A stretch of 34,234 bases of DNA from Thermoplasmatota archaeon (GCA_036148495.1 JAYYHK010000048.1:1-34234), one strand, 5' to 3'; numbered from the stretch's first letter, positions 1 to 10,738 are shown. Notes: generated by a model not told the origin, from the letters alone. A program made the numbers and translations.

Positions 1-2472
1 GTGGGGTTCAATGTTGAAGATCCAGGCGGTGATAACCAAGTTAGAGGGCATCTATTGGATTGGATGATGCCAAGCGCTTGTGATTGGTATGACATTTGTT
101 ACTATGCTTATTACTACCAGGCCACGAGAGATTATTTCAACAAAAGTGGGGTTGGAATGCAATTTACTAACATGAGCGGAATGTATAATTTTAGAGCAGC
201 TCTTGAGGAATATGGATATGAGGTTTCCGATGTTACAGTTACTAATACGCCCAGAACACTCGGGAATGATACCCGCGGTGACGATGATGGTATCATTGAA
301 GAAGGAGAAGATTGGGAGTATGACGAAGAAACTTGCATAGAGTGGAGAATTTATTCGGGAGGTTCTTACGTAGTTAGAGTAGACGGAATTCCTATCGTGA
401 GTACCAATCCAGATCGCTATGTTCACTATCAAGATTATTCTCAAATGGATGCAGCAACAGAGTGCGATAATAATAATGGTCAAGGAGACAATAACATTAC
501 TATGTGGGGTGAAGGAGATTTTTCTGATATGGAGATGGTAGCTGACGAGAACAATGAAATTGCTATGGCTTTAGCACTTGCTTACTATCTAGATGTCGGA
601 AATTACCAAGTCAAATACTCCTATGATTCTCAAACGGTTCACACTAAAATGGATGAAGAAATTAGAAGATCCGATGTAGAAGAAGATGGAAGTAATTACA
701 AAGAGATAGCTCTGGAATATCTGTCAGATGATAACTGCGAAGATAATTGCGATTACATAGAGATGGGTTACTATACAATAAATGTTACTGCAGACTATCC
801 TGCAGAGTGTGAATTTGGAAATGATGCAGGCACTCCGTGTAATGAGATTGACGTGGGAGAAGATTGTGAAGATCCAAACAGCGGTTCTTGTTTTGACTTT
901 ACTATAGATTATTGTGAAGATATGGGTAACCAAGCTTGTCAAGAATTTATTCTCGCATGGTTTGATGAGTCATTGCTAACTTTTGTTTGCGGATTGGATT
1001 CTAGTATTATTCCTTTCCCTTTTGTTAACGATGGAAATAGAGATTGTCCGTTAGGAGCAGACGAGCAGCAATATGATGATAATAATGACCCTATCAACTG
1101 GTTTGACTGTGCAGATGGTACATTTGTTTGGATTTATCAAGTAAATGATGGATTTTCAGATTGTGTAAATGGAGAAGATGAAGGGCTCAACCCAGATACA
1201 GACAACGATGGAGTCCTAAATAATCTAGACCTTTGTCCGGAAACTGATGAGGGATCTGAGGTTGATGATGGCGGTTGTGCAGCAAATCAACGAGACTCAG
1301 ATAGCGATGGATTAACAGATGCAGAAGAAAATAACCTAGGCACCAATCCTAATGATGCAGATTCAGATGGAGACGGTCTTACAGACGGCGAAGAAGTAGC
1401 ATTGCATGATTCAAATCCTACTGTTTCAGATAGTGATGGAGATGGTTTGTCTGATGGTTTAGAAGTGATGCAGTATGGTACAGATCCAAACGATGCAGAT
1501 ACTGATGGTGACGGCACAAACGACACATTTGATGCATTCCCATTAGATAGTAGTGAGTGGATGGATACGGATGAAGACGGATTGGGCGATAACATAGATG
1601 ATGATGATGATGGCGATCAAATACTAGACGTAGATGATGTGTTTCCTTTGGATGCAACGGAGTCATCAGATATGGATAACGATGGCATAGGTGATAATTC
1701 CGATTCAGACATTGATGGCGATGGTGTTGAAAATAATCTAGATGCTTTTCCTTTAGACTCTTCAGAATCAGTAGATACTGACGGTGACGGTGTTGGAGAC
1801 AATTTGGATGCGTATCCAAATGATGCTAACCAATCAATTACAGTAGGCAATCAGCCTTTAATTATTCACCTTGATTATCACGGTGAAAATGGAATTGCAT
1901 CTTACGATATAGGTTATTATGCACATACACCTCAAGCATTCAATGTAGATGTTTACACTAGGCAAGACGGCGATATCTTGTACTATTATTTCGGCAGTAA
2001 CTGTCAAGGAGATTTTAATGGCAATTGGAGAACGTCAAATTCAATAAATCATAGCAATCCCTCATCTGAAAATTATGGATCAGGTTTGCAATATCCACAA
2101 AGGTGTACAGATCCTTCAATCAGATATAATAATTTCACTCATAATAATAATACTGATTGGGACATGACCTTCTATTACAATTTAGAAGAACTTGGAGGAA
2201 GTTGTCCAGAAAATTCCTCAGGTTTTCCAACTTGTAGTTGTAATGAAGGATATCAAGGCAATTTAATTTTTGATGAAAGCACGTTATCATGGGTAGGTAG
2301 TTGTTCTGAAAGTGACGCAAATGTGGAAGATCAAGTAGGCGATCAGAGCAATAATAATTCAGAATCAAATAATTCAATACCAATAGATGAAGAAAACGAA
2401 GTTCCAGGTTTTGGGTTTGCAACGGTTTCAATATCGTTATTAGTAATTTCTCTCATAAGAAGAAGAAAATAG
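1..2472 (+). CDS. Acidic secreted cell-surface (glyco)protein, 5'-truncated by the window edge. It carries thrombospondin type-3-like Ca-binding repeats, LDL-receptor-A-like and EGF-like Cys modules, and a C-terminal PGF-CTERM anchor signal.
   Basis: The ORF is open from base 1, so the GTG at position 1 is a window artefact. Repeated DxDxDGxxDxxD / DAFPLDSSE..DTDxDGxGDN units span aa ~397-610. Segments VNDGNRDCPLGADE and VNDGFSDCVNGEDE resemble the LDLa motif (DGxxDCxDGSDE). CPENSSGFPTCSCNEGYQG is EGF-like. An Asn/Ser-rich linker precedes PGFGFATVSISLLVISLIRRRK at the C-terminus. Confidence 0.75.
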   Translation: MGFNVEDPGGDNQVRGHLLDWMMPSACDWYDICYYAYYYQATRDYFNKSGVGMQFTNMSGMYNFRAALEEYGYEVSDVTVTNTPRTLGNDTRGDDDGIIEEGEDWEYDEETCIEWRIYSGGSYVVRVDGIPIVSTNPDRYVHYQDYSQMDAATECDNNNGQGDNNITMWGEGDFSDMEMVADENNEIAMALALAYYLDVGNYQVKYSYDSQTVHTKMDEEIRRSDVEEDGSNYKEIALEYLSDDNCEDNCDYIEMGYYTINVTADYPAECEFGNDAGTPCNEIDVGEDCEDPNSGSCFDFTIDYCEDMGNQACQEFILAWFDESLLTFVCGLDSSIIPFPFVNDGNRDCPLGADEQQYDDNNDPINWFDCADGTFVWIYQVNDGFSDCVNGEDEGLNPDTDNDGVLNNLDLCPETDEGSEVDDGGCAANQRDSDSDGLTDAEENNLGTNPNDADSDGDGLTDGEEVALHDSNPTVSDSDGDGLSDGLEVMQYGTDPNDADTDGDGTNDTFDAFPLDSSEWMDTDEDGLGDNIDDDDDGDQILDVDDVFPLDATESSDMDNDGIGDNSDSDIDGDGVENNLDAFPLDSSESVDTDGDGVGDNLDAYPNDANQSITVGNQPLIIHLDYHGENGIASYDIGYYAHTPQAFNVDVYTRQDGDILYYYFGSNCQGDFNGNWRTSNSINHSNPSSENYGSGLQYPQRCTDPSIRYNNFTHNNNTDWDMTFYYNLEELGGSCPENSSGFPTCSCNEGYQGNLIFDESTLSWVGSCSESDANVEDQVGDQSNNNSESNNSIPIDEENEVPGFGFATVSISLLVISLIRRRK
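2404..2469 (+). other. PGF-CTERM archaeosortase (ArtA-type) sorting signal at the C-terminus of the surface protein
   Basis: The last 22 codons encode PGF, then a hydrophobic helix (GFATVSISLLVISLI), then the basic tail RRRK, followed directly by the stop codon. An acidic Ser/Asn-rich linker lies upstream. Confidence 0.7.
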
Positions 2473-2481
2473 ATTGATATA

Positions 2482-2491
2482 TTCATATAAT
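2482..2491 (+). promoter_or_regulatory. Candidate TATA box for the HIT gene (leaderless spacing)
   Basis: The A/T element ttcatataat is centred about 24 nt upstream of the ATG at 2510. There is no SD-like purine run in between. Confidence 0.35.
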
Positions 2492-2509
2492 GTAGTCTTA
2501 TAGACACGC

Positions 2510-2929
2510 ATGACAGATTGCCTATTCTGTAAAATAGTAAATGGCGAAATACCCTGCCATAAAGTCTATGAAGATGATAAAATAATTGCATTTCTCGATA
2601 TACAGCCTTTAACCAGAGGTCATACTTTGGTAATTCCAAAGGAACATGCTTCTTCTATGGATAGGTTAAGTCAAGACTCTGCAGCAGCACTTGGTAAGGC
2701 CTTACCAACAGTTAGCAAAGCAGTTTTGAATGTCACAGGTGCTACAGCATACAACTTAGTCCAAAACAATGGCAAGGAAGCAGGAATGTCAGTATCTCAC
2801 GTGCACATTCATATTATTCCTAGGTATCCTGATTCCACTCACTCATTTCTCTGGGAATACGGTAAAATTAATCATGATGATGCTAAAATACTTTCCAAAG
2901 AAATTTTGAACGAAACTTCACGGAATTAA
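2510..2929 (+). CDS. HIT (histidine triad) family nucleotide hydrolase/transferase
   Basis: The histidine triad HVHIHIIPR lies near the C-terminus. The N-terminal CLFCKI..GEIP and the 139-aa size are typical of HIT/Hint proteins. Confidence 0.85.
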   Translation: MTDCLFCKIVNGEIPCHKVYEDDKIIAFLDIQPLTRGHTLVIPKEHASSMDRLSQDSAAALGKALPTVSKAVLNVTGATAYNLVQNNGKEAGMSVSHVHIHIIPRYPDSTHSFLWEYGKINHDDAKILSKEILNETSRN

Positions 2930-2950
2930 TTATTTTTCATTTTAAAAATG
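2930..2950. terminator. Candidate bidirectional oligo-T terminator between the convergent HIT gene and the pre-23S transcript
   Basis: A T5 run on + (2933-2937) follows the HIT stop. An A5 run on + (2944-2948) reads as T5 on the - strand just beyond the rRNA processing stem. Confidence 0.3.
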
Positions 2951-2980
2951 ATTGGGGTACATACGCAAACCCATCAAACG
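2949..2980 (-). other. 3' flank of pre-23S rRNA: 3' half of the processing stem
   Basis: 2960-2972 (catacgcaaaccc) is perfectly complementary to 5989-6001 (gggtttgcgtatg). tgatt 2949-2953 can pair with aatca 6009-6013. Confidence 0.7.
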
Positions 2981-5980
<3,000 letters not shown>

Positions 5981-6013
5981 ATTCGTCCGGGTTTGCGTAT
6001 GATCTGACAATCA
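5981..6013 (-). other. 5' flank of pre-23S rRNA: 5' half of the processing stem
   Basis: This is the complement partner of 2949-2980. An 8-nt internal segment on each strand (5981-5988 and 2973-2980) separates two perfect 13-bp helices. Confidence 0.7.
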
Positions 6014-6160
6014 TCGGTCCGTTTATTCCCCACTGTTAAGAGGATAGAACCTATGCCATCTTCCCCGGTCTTAATCTTCAAGATCGAGTGCACAATCTCC
6101 CTGAAATTGTCAAATTATTACAATAAGTCAACTACAAGGATTTGTCGGGAGAAAAAGGGG

Positions 6161-6170
6161 GTATATAATA
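6161..6170 (-). promoter_or_regulatory. Candidate TATA box of the 23S rRNA promoter
   Basis: The - strand reads tattatatac directly downstream of the Lon-N gene stop (6182) and about 180 nt upstream of the mature 23S 5' end. A second A/T element lies at 6109-6125. Confidence 0.3.
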
Positions 6171-6181
6171 CTGCGCAGGAA

Positions 6182-6865
6182 TTATATTTCTTTTTGCAAT
6201 ATTTCCACGATTTGGTTCGAAGAATTAGCTTCTAAAATAATTTGCTGCGCTTCAAGAGGTAAACTGCACATTGATGCAAGAGTGTAAAGATCTTGAATAT
6301 TCGCAGAGTCTAATTTAAGTCCACTACTTATGATAAAATCATTAAAATTTTCAAATTCAATTCCCATCTTGCTGGCAATATCTATGATTCTAAGTTCTAA
6401 TTTTCCTAATAGAAATTTCCAGTCTTTCAGGTTTACTTCATCTTGAATTTCATCTAAGTAATTAATATCGGCCTGAAAGTAAAGGGGCTCTCCTGATGAC
6501 TTTTGTAACATTTGTTTCATCGATGGCATGTCTGGAGGAAAATAATCTGCGGGCTTGTCAATAACAGGTGAAATTAATTTTTCAATAACAAATCGTTTTT
6601 TACCAAGTATTTCAATGTAATAATTACTGCCTGTTAAATCCAGGTCTTCACATTTGATAATATACACTAAAGTTCCGATTTTTACAGGAGATGCCCATCC
6701 ACCATTAGTTTTCTGTCCGTCAATTACATTGATTCCGAAAGTTCTACTCGCACTCATGCAATCATCAAGCATTTGCCTGTACCTAGGTTCAAATATTTTC
6801 AATGGGACCTTTTGGTTAGGAAACAAAACAATATCTATTGGAAAAATAGGAATTGTTTGAGACAT
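6182..6865 (-). CDS. Stand-alone Lon protease N-terminal (substrate-binding, PUA-like) domain protein
   Basis: The N-terminus IPIFPIDIVLFPNQKVPLKIFEPRYRQM is the hallmark start of the LON substrate-binding domain. The protein is 227 aa with no ATPase or protease part. Its ATG overlaps the pdxH stop (TAATG). Confidence 0.7.
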   Translation of the reverse strand: MSQTIPIFPIDIVLFPNQKVPLKIFEPRYRQMLDDCMSASRTFGINVIDGQKTNGGWASPVKIGTLVYIIKCEDLDLTGSNYYIEILGKKRFVIEKLISPVIDKPADYFPPDMPSMKQMLQKSSGEPLYFQADINYLDEIQDEVNLKDWKFLLGKLELRIIDIASKMGIEFENFNDFIISSGLKLDSANIQDLYTLASMCSLPLEAQQIILEANSSNQIVEILQKEI

Positions 6866-7503
6866 TATGGAGCTAGCCTCTCAATTTGCCATGTAGTTCC
6901 ATGGCGAGTATAAACAAAACGATCATGCATTCTGTCTCTTCTCCCTTGCCAGAATTCAACTTCCTTATGTTCAAGTCTGTAACCGCCCCAATATTCGGGC
7001 ATAGGGATTTCTTGACCCTCATATTTTTTTTCGAACTTCTTAAAGAGTTTTTCTAAATCAGCCCTGCTCTCAACAGTAGTGCTTTGCCTGGATGCTAACA
7101 CGGAAATTTGACTTAATCTAGGTCGTGAAGCGAAATATTTTTTCGATTTTTCAGGAGAAATTTTCCTAATTTTACCTCTAATTCTCACCTGTCTTTCCAA
7201 AGGGTGCCAATTGAAAGTTAAAGATCCATAAGGATTTGATTCAATTTGAATTCCTTTCGTGCTTTCATAGTTAGTGTAAAAAATGAATCCTTTTTCGTCA
7301 TATTCTTTAAGCAGAACTATCCGGCTAGTTGGCTTCCCAGAGTTGCTTGCAGTAGCCAATGTCATTGCATTAGGTTCTAAAGTGTCGTATTCTTCGATTT
7401 TTTCGAACCAATTACGGAACATCTCAGTTGGCGATTCTAGTAATTCATTTCGATCTAGTCCTGAAATGTCATACTGCTTACGCATCTCTTCTAAGCTTAC
7501 CAC
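6865..7503 (-). CDS. pdxH: Pyridoxamine/pyridoxine 5'-phosphate oxidase
   Basis: RIVLLKEYDEKGFIFYTNYESTKG, FASRPRLSQI, EFWQGRRDRMHDRF and the C-terminal ERLAP all match PdxH. The 212-aa size fits. Confidence 0.9.
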   Translation of the reverse strand: MVSLEEMRKQYDISGLDRNELLESPTEMFRNWFEKIEEYDTLEPNAMTLATASNSGKPTSRIVLLKEYDEKGFIFYTNYESTKGIQIESNPYGSLTFNWHPLERQVRIRGKIRKISPEKSKKYFASRPRLSQISVLASRQSTTVESRADLEKLFKKFEKKYEGQEIPMPEYWGGYRLEHKEVEFWQGRRDRMHDRFVYTRHGTTWQIERLAP

Positions 7504-7520
7504 TCATTTGTACTATCAAG

Positions 7521-7532
7521 AATAGATATAAG
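7521..7532 (-). promoter_or_regulatory. Candidate TATA box for pdxH (leaderless spacing)
   Basis: The - strand reads cttatatctatt, centred about 24 nt upstream of the pdxH ATG (7503). Confidence 0.3.
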
Positions 7533-7552
7533 AAATGTGTGCTATATATTAA

Positions 7553-7564
7553 GTTTATATAATA
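7553..7564 (+). promoter_or_regulatory. Candidate TATA box for the RDD gene (leaderless spacing)
   Basis: gtttatataata is centred about 26 nt upstream of the ATG at 7584. Confidence 0.35.
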
Positions 7565-7583
7565 TCACGATTGATTGTAATTA

Positions 7584-8096
7584 ATGGAGAATTTTCAAGT
7601 AAATAATATGCAGGCTTTTCCCTTCAAAGGATTTTGGATTAGAGTTGTAGCCTCATTATTAGATGCAATCATCCTCTCACTTGTTTTCATTTTTCTAGCT
7701 GGATTCATACTTTTCTTTTTTGGTTCATTATTTGGAGAAGCCGCAGGTATTGGTATGCTATTTCTATTTATTTTAGGAGGAAGCATTTTGATGTTACTTT
7801 ACAAGCCATTAATGGAAGCTTCCGATTATCAGGCTACATTTGGTAAATATTTTCTCAACATGAAGATAGTCGATAAAGAAGGTAGAAAAATTACATTTAC
7901 AAAATCTTTCATTAGAACAATATTATACGTGCTTCATACAGCCATACCATTTCTTAATGTGGTTAGTTGGTTAGCTTTTCTGATGATTGGTTTTACTGAA
8001 TACAAGCAAGGTCTTCATGACATTCTCGCAGAAACGTATGTAGTTACAAATCATTGGGAAGGGCCGGTTCCTTTGGAAGATAATTTTGGAGCATAA
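7584..8096 (+). CDS. RDD-family integral membrane protein
   Basis: FWIRVVASLLDAIIL (the R..D part of the motif) plus the C-terminal QGLHDILAETYVV, with three hydrophobic helices. Confidence 0.7.
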   Translation: MENFQVNNMQAFPFKGFWIRVVASLLDAIILSLVFIFLAGFILFFFGSLFGEAAGIGMLFLFILGGSILMLLYKPLMEASDYQATFGKYFLNMKIVDKEGRKITFTKSFIRTILYVLHTAIPFLNVVSWLAFLMIGFTEYKQGLHDILAETYVVTNHWEGPVPLEDNFGA

Positions 8097-8447
8097 ATGA
8101 TGGAAAGTATGGATGAAGAACAAAAGTGGGCTCTCGGAACTTTAACTATATTTGTAATCTTACTAATAATCTCTGGGATATCAGATTTTGTTGAAGTAGG
8201 TATCGGAGTTTGTACTTTTTTGTTTAGTTGGCTGGCAGTAAGTTATTCGATAAGGAATTTTGGAAAGGGAGGCACTTCCAAAGAAGAATTGCAAAAAGAA
8301 ATGCAAGTATTCTCTTTAATTTTACTATTTGTTTTGGTATTAATTACACTAGTAGGAGTTAATCAATATAGCGACTATGCATTTGTAACATTCGGATTCA
8401 CACTTACTTGGGTTGTAAGAAGTTTAGCAATTAAATATTTTAGCTAA
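8097..8447 (+). CDS. Small membrane protein of unknown function
   Basis: Four hydrophobic stretches. The ATG abuts the RDD stop (TAAATG), suggesting co-translation. No recognisable motif. Confidence 0.5.
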   Translation: MMESMDEEQKWALGTLTIFVILLIISGISDFVEVGIGVCTFLFSWLAVSYSIRNFGKGGTSKEELQKEMQVFSLILLFVLVLITLVGVNQYSDYAFVTFGFTLTWVVRSLAIKYFS

Positions 8448-9026
8448 TTATCTCTGACCTCTGCCATCCAATGCAGAAATTACAATTGCTAAACCAGCTA
8501 TAAATTTACGATTAAAGTTATTTTCGGGCGGAATATTGACAATCAGTTTTCTAATTATTGGATTAAATTTCTGCCTCATAGTGATAGGATTATCATTTCC
8601 CATGGTATGAAGCGTATATTTTTTAGGTAGAATTCCTAGAAAAACTCTTCTAGCAATTGCTTGAGCCATGCTGTCTTCTAATAACATTCCAATATCATTG
8701 CCATCTGGATCAAGAACTTGCCATTTAGTTCTAAGAATGGATTTCCAAAATTTTCTTCTTACAGTTCCCAATAAGATTCCTGCTTTAGGATCAAAAATAT
8801 CGAATCCCCCCCATGCATCTACTAAGTTCCTTTGCTTGATAACCAACCATTCGTTGTTTTTATTTTCGTCGTCATAAAGTCTGATGTCCTCTTTAATTCT
8901 AAATCTTTTTTGCTCACAGAACCCATATAATTGACCATTTTCATCCATAATGTGAAATTTATTTCCAAATATCTTTAGAAATTTTTCACGAATTAGATAT
9001 TGATTTAGTTCAGTCAGTTTTGCCAT
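8448..9026 (-). CDS. Phospholipid scramblase / LURP1-like (tubby-C-like fold) protein. Start moved to the ATG at 9026.
   Basis: Repeating beta-hairpin pattern F.I.DENG..., FDIFDPKAG.LLG.V.RK, W.VLDPDGNDIG.L, plus a C-terminal hydrophobic helix KFIAGLAIVISAL, as in the scramblase/LOR family. The GTG at 9035 lies only about 15 nt from the TATA-like element. The ATG at 9026 gives about 24 nt. Confidence 0.45.
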   Translation of the reverse strand: MAKLTELNQYLIREKFLKIFGNKFHIMDENGQLYGFCEQKRFRIKEDIRLYDDENKNNEWLVIKQRNLVDAWGGFDIFDPKAGILLGTVRRKFWKSILRTKWQVLDPDGNDIGMLLEDSMAQAIARRVFLGILPKKYTLHTMGNDNPITMRQKFNPIIRKLIVNIPPENNFNRKFIAGLAIVISALDGRGQR

Positions 9027-9043
9027 AGTTTGCACAGAATCTC

Positions 9044-9055
9044 AAATATATAAAA
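9044..9055 (-). promoter_or_regulatory. Candidate TATA box for the scramblase-like gene
   Basis: aaatatataaaa is centred about 24 nt upstream of the ATG at 9026 on the - strand. Confidence 0.3.
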
Positions 9056-9076
9056 TGTTTTTGTGTTTTGATACCT

Positions 9077-9086
9077 CTTATATAGG
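9077..9086 (+). promoter_or_regulatory. Candidate TATA box for the NfeD-stomatin operon
   Basis: cttatatagg is centred about 24 nt upstream of the ATG at 9105. Confidence 0.35.
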
Positions 9087-9104
9087 GCTTGTTTCTACTA
9101 TTGC

Positions 9105-9566
9105 ATGGCAGATGAATTGTTTGGTAGTGAGTTAGGATTAGCCTTTGTAATAGTTGGAGTTTTATTGTTCGTAGTTGAGGTATTTCAACCAGGATTTCTA
9201 ATTGCAGTTCCAGCCACAGTTTTCATTGCTCTAGGAATTTTACTTTCGTTTAATGTTGTTGACGGATTATTACTTTTGCCTATTGGACTGGCAGTAGGAT
9301 TGGGTTCATTGTATGGAACGATGATGCTTTACCAATCTTTAGCACCTCCAGACACACCTAGTGAAATGAGTATTGAAGGCAAAATTGGAGAGAAAGGCGT
9401 AGTTTCAAAAGAGGTTGTCGCAAACGAAAGGAGTGGCAAAGTTAAAATAGGTATGGAAGAAATGAGAGCTACATCAGAGCAAAATATATCTGTAGGAACC
9501 AAGGTTAAAGTTGTTGATGCAGAAGGAATCACAGTTACAGTAATGCCCTTAGAAGGAGAGGAATAA
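9105..9566 (+). CDS. NfeD-family membrane protein (short form, with C-terminal OB-fold)
   Basis: The N-terminal half has several TM helices. The C-terminal GKVKIGMEEMRATSEQNISVGTKVKVVDAEGITVTV matches the NfeD OB-fold. It lies immediately upstream of an SPFH gene, which is the canonical pairing. Confidence 0.75.
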   Translation: MADELFGSELGLAFVIVGVLLFVVEVFQPGFLIAVPATVFIALGILLSFNVVDGLLLLPIGLAVGLGSLYGTMMLYQSLAPPDTPSEMSIEGKIGEKGVVSKEVVANERSGKVKIGMEEMRATSEQNISVGTKVKVVDAEGITVTVMPLEGEE

Positions 9567-9567
9567 A

Positions 9568-10719
9568 ATGATAGGAGAAATAATATTCTTACTGTTAATA
9601 CTTGGAGCAGTATTAGTCGTTGTTTTAATGACTACTATTGTTCAAGTTGAGCAGTACGAATCGGGAGTCGCGCTACGATTGGGTAAGTTTCACACAATGC
9701 TCAATCCAGGATGGAATTTCGTTATTCCATTGATTACAAAAGTCTTCAAAGTAGATTTACGTATTCAAGTTCTTGACGTTCCACGTCAAGAAGTAATTAC
9801 AAAGGATAACTCTCCTACTATGGTAGATGCAGTTGTTTACTACAGAGTAGCAGATGCTAAGAAGGCTGTACTCAACGTTGCAAACTATAGAGCTGCAATA
9901 GTCAACATGGCACAAACAACTCTTAGAGGTGTAGTCGGAGATATGGAATTAGATGAAATTTTCTCTAGCAGAGATAAAATTAATGCAATTTTAAGAGATA
10001 AATTGGACATTGAAACCGATCCATGGGGTGTCAAAGTAGATAATGTTGAAATTAGAGAAGTTGATCCTTCTCCAAACGTTAAAGCTGCAATGGAGGAACA
10101 AACTTCAGCAGAACGAGAAAGACGTGCAGCTATCTTGAAAGCAGACGGTGAAAAGAGATCAGCAATTCTTTCAGCAGAAGGAGATAAGCAGTCACGAATT
10201 TTGACAGCAGAAGGAGACAAACAATCTCGAATTTTAGCAGCAGAAGGTGTCAGACAAGCCAAAGTCCTAGAGGCTCAAGGTTCTCGTTCAGAGACAATTT
10301 TGGAGAAACAGGGAGAAGCTCAAGGTCTAAGAATTACAGCTATGGGAGCCTCTGCATTAGACTCCAAAGCTCTGACAGTTTTGAGTTTGGATGCCTTGAA
10401 AAACATTGGTGAAGGTCAATCTACAAAGTTTGTACTTCCGTTTGAGATAACTAAATTATTCGAAGGTGCTGCAGATTATGTAGGCTACTCACGTAAAGCT
10501 CCAGATAGACAACTTTCTGAAGTTAAAGACGTTGAAAAGGCACTAGGTAACGCTGAAGATATTCTAGGTACAATTCCTACTGCAGATGAAATGCAAGCAG
10601 AACTAAATGCCATTAAGGAAGAAGCTGATGAGGCACTTAAGCAGGTAGTAGATGATGGAATTAAAGATCAAATGACCGCTACTGAGCCTCCTAAAGAGCT
10701 TAAAGAACCAAACGAATAA
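9568..10719 (+). CDS. SPFH / band-7 (stomatin/prohibitin-like) membrane scaffold protein
   Basis: An N-terminal TM helix is followed by an SPFH core (VEQYESGVALRLGKF...LRIQVLDVPRQEVITKDN...V.YRV.D) and a coiled-coil AEGxKQSxIL repeat region. An SD-like gaaggagagg lies before the ATG, which starts 1 nt after the NfeD stop. Confidence 0.88.
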   Translation: MIGEIIFLLLILGAVLVVVLMTTIVQVEQYESGVALRLGKFHTMLNPGWNFVIPLITKVFKVDLRIQVLDVPRQEVITKDNSPTMVDAVVYYRVADAKKAVLNVANYRAAIVNMAQTTLRGVVGDMELDEIFSSRDKINAILRDKLDIETDPWGVKVDNVEIREVDPSPNVKAAMEEQTSAERERRAAILKADGEKRSAILSAEGDKQSRILTAEGDKQSRILAAEGVRQAKVLEAQGSRSETILEKQGEAQGLRITAMGASALDSKALTVLSLDALKNIGEGQSTKFVLPFEITKLFEGAADYVGYSRKAPDRQLSEVKDVEKALGNAEDILGTIPTADEMQAELNAIKEEADEALKQVVDDGIKDQMTATEPPKELKEPNE

Positions 10720-10730
10720 AAAAAGAATCC

Positions 10731-10738
10731 AATATATA
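10731..10738 (+). promoter_or_regulatory. Candidate TATA box for arcS (leaderless spacing)
   Basis: aatatata is centred about 26 nt upstream of the ATG at 10761. Confidence 0.35.

Noticed and set aside
1183-1830. Nucleotide-level repetitiveness of the Asp-rich repeats, considered as a possible CRISPR-like or satellite array
   Set aside because: The repeat units are irregular in length and are degenerate at the DNA level. There is no spacer-repeat periodicity, and the region is in frame within a long CDS.
1287-1850. Antisense ORFs (1287-1595, 1418-1819, 1617-1850) opposite the thrombospondin-repeat region
   Set aside because: They are artefacts of the repetitive GAT/GAC/GGT codon run, which lacks stops on the reverse strand. 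Their products are Ser/Pro/His low-complexity sequence and they overlap a clearly coding frame.
52-2639. Other short antisense or overlapping ORFs in the first gene and its 3' end (52-483, 132-338, 724-942, 2135-2431, 2343-2639)
   Set aside because: They overlap the strongly supported + strand CDS or cross the intergenic spacer into the HIT gene. They have no motifs and Ile/Leu-rich composition, as expected from A/T-rich antisense DNA.
6014-6181. Possible tRNA, 5S rRNA or C/D-box sRNA in the 170-nt region upstream of the 23S, and in the other larger spacers (18262-18384, 26559-26658)
   Set aside because: There is no T-loop (GTTCRAATC) or acceptor-stem symmetry and no 5S-like helices. I see no properly spaced RUGAUGA...CUGA box pair on the transcribed strand. 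These regions are better explained as the rRNA leader/promoter, a terminator and the aglB promoter/leader.
9027-9035. GTG start at 9035 for the scramblase-like gene, and the TTG start at 18385 for the esterase
   Set aside because: The spacing to the upstream TATA-like elements favours the ATG codons at 9026 and 18403. For the esterase, the ATG also yields a cleaner signal-anchor N-terminus. Neither choice is proven.
10174-10239. Tandem 33-nt direct repeat in the stomatin gene (gcagaaggagataagcagtcacgaattttgaca / gcagaaggagacaaacaatctcgaattttagca)
   Set aside because: It is in frame and encodes AEGDKQSRIL(T/A) twice within the SPFH coiled-coil. The copies differ at five synonymous sites and one non-synonymous site, so this is an old protein-level repeat under purifying selection. 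It is not a CRISPR, a mobile element or a slippage hotspot.
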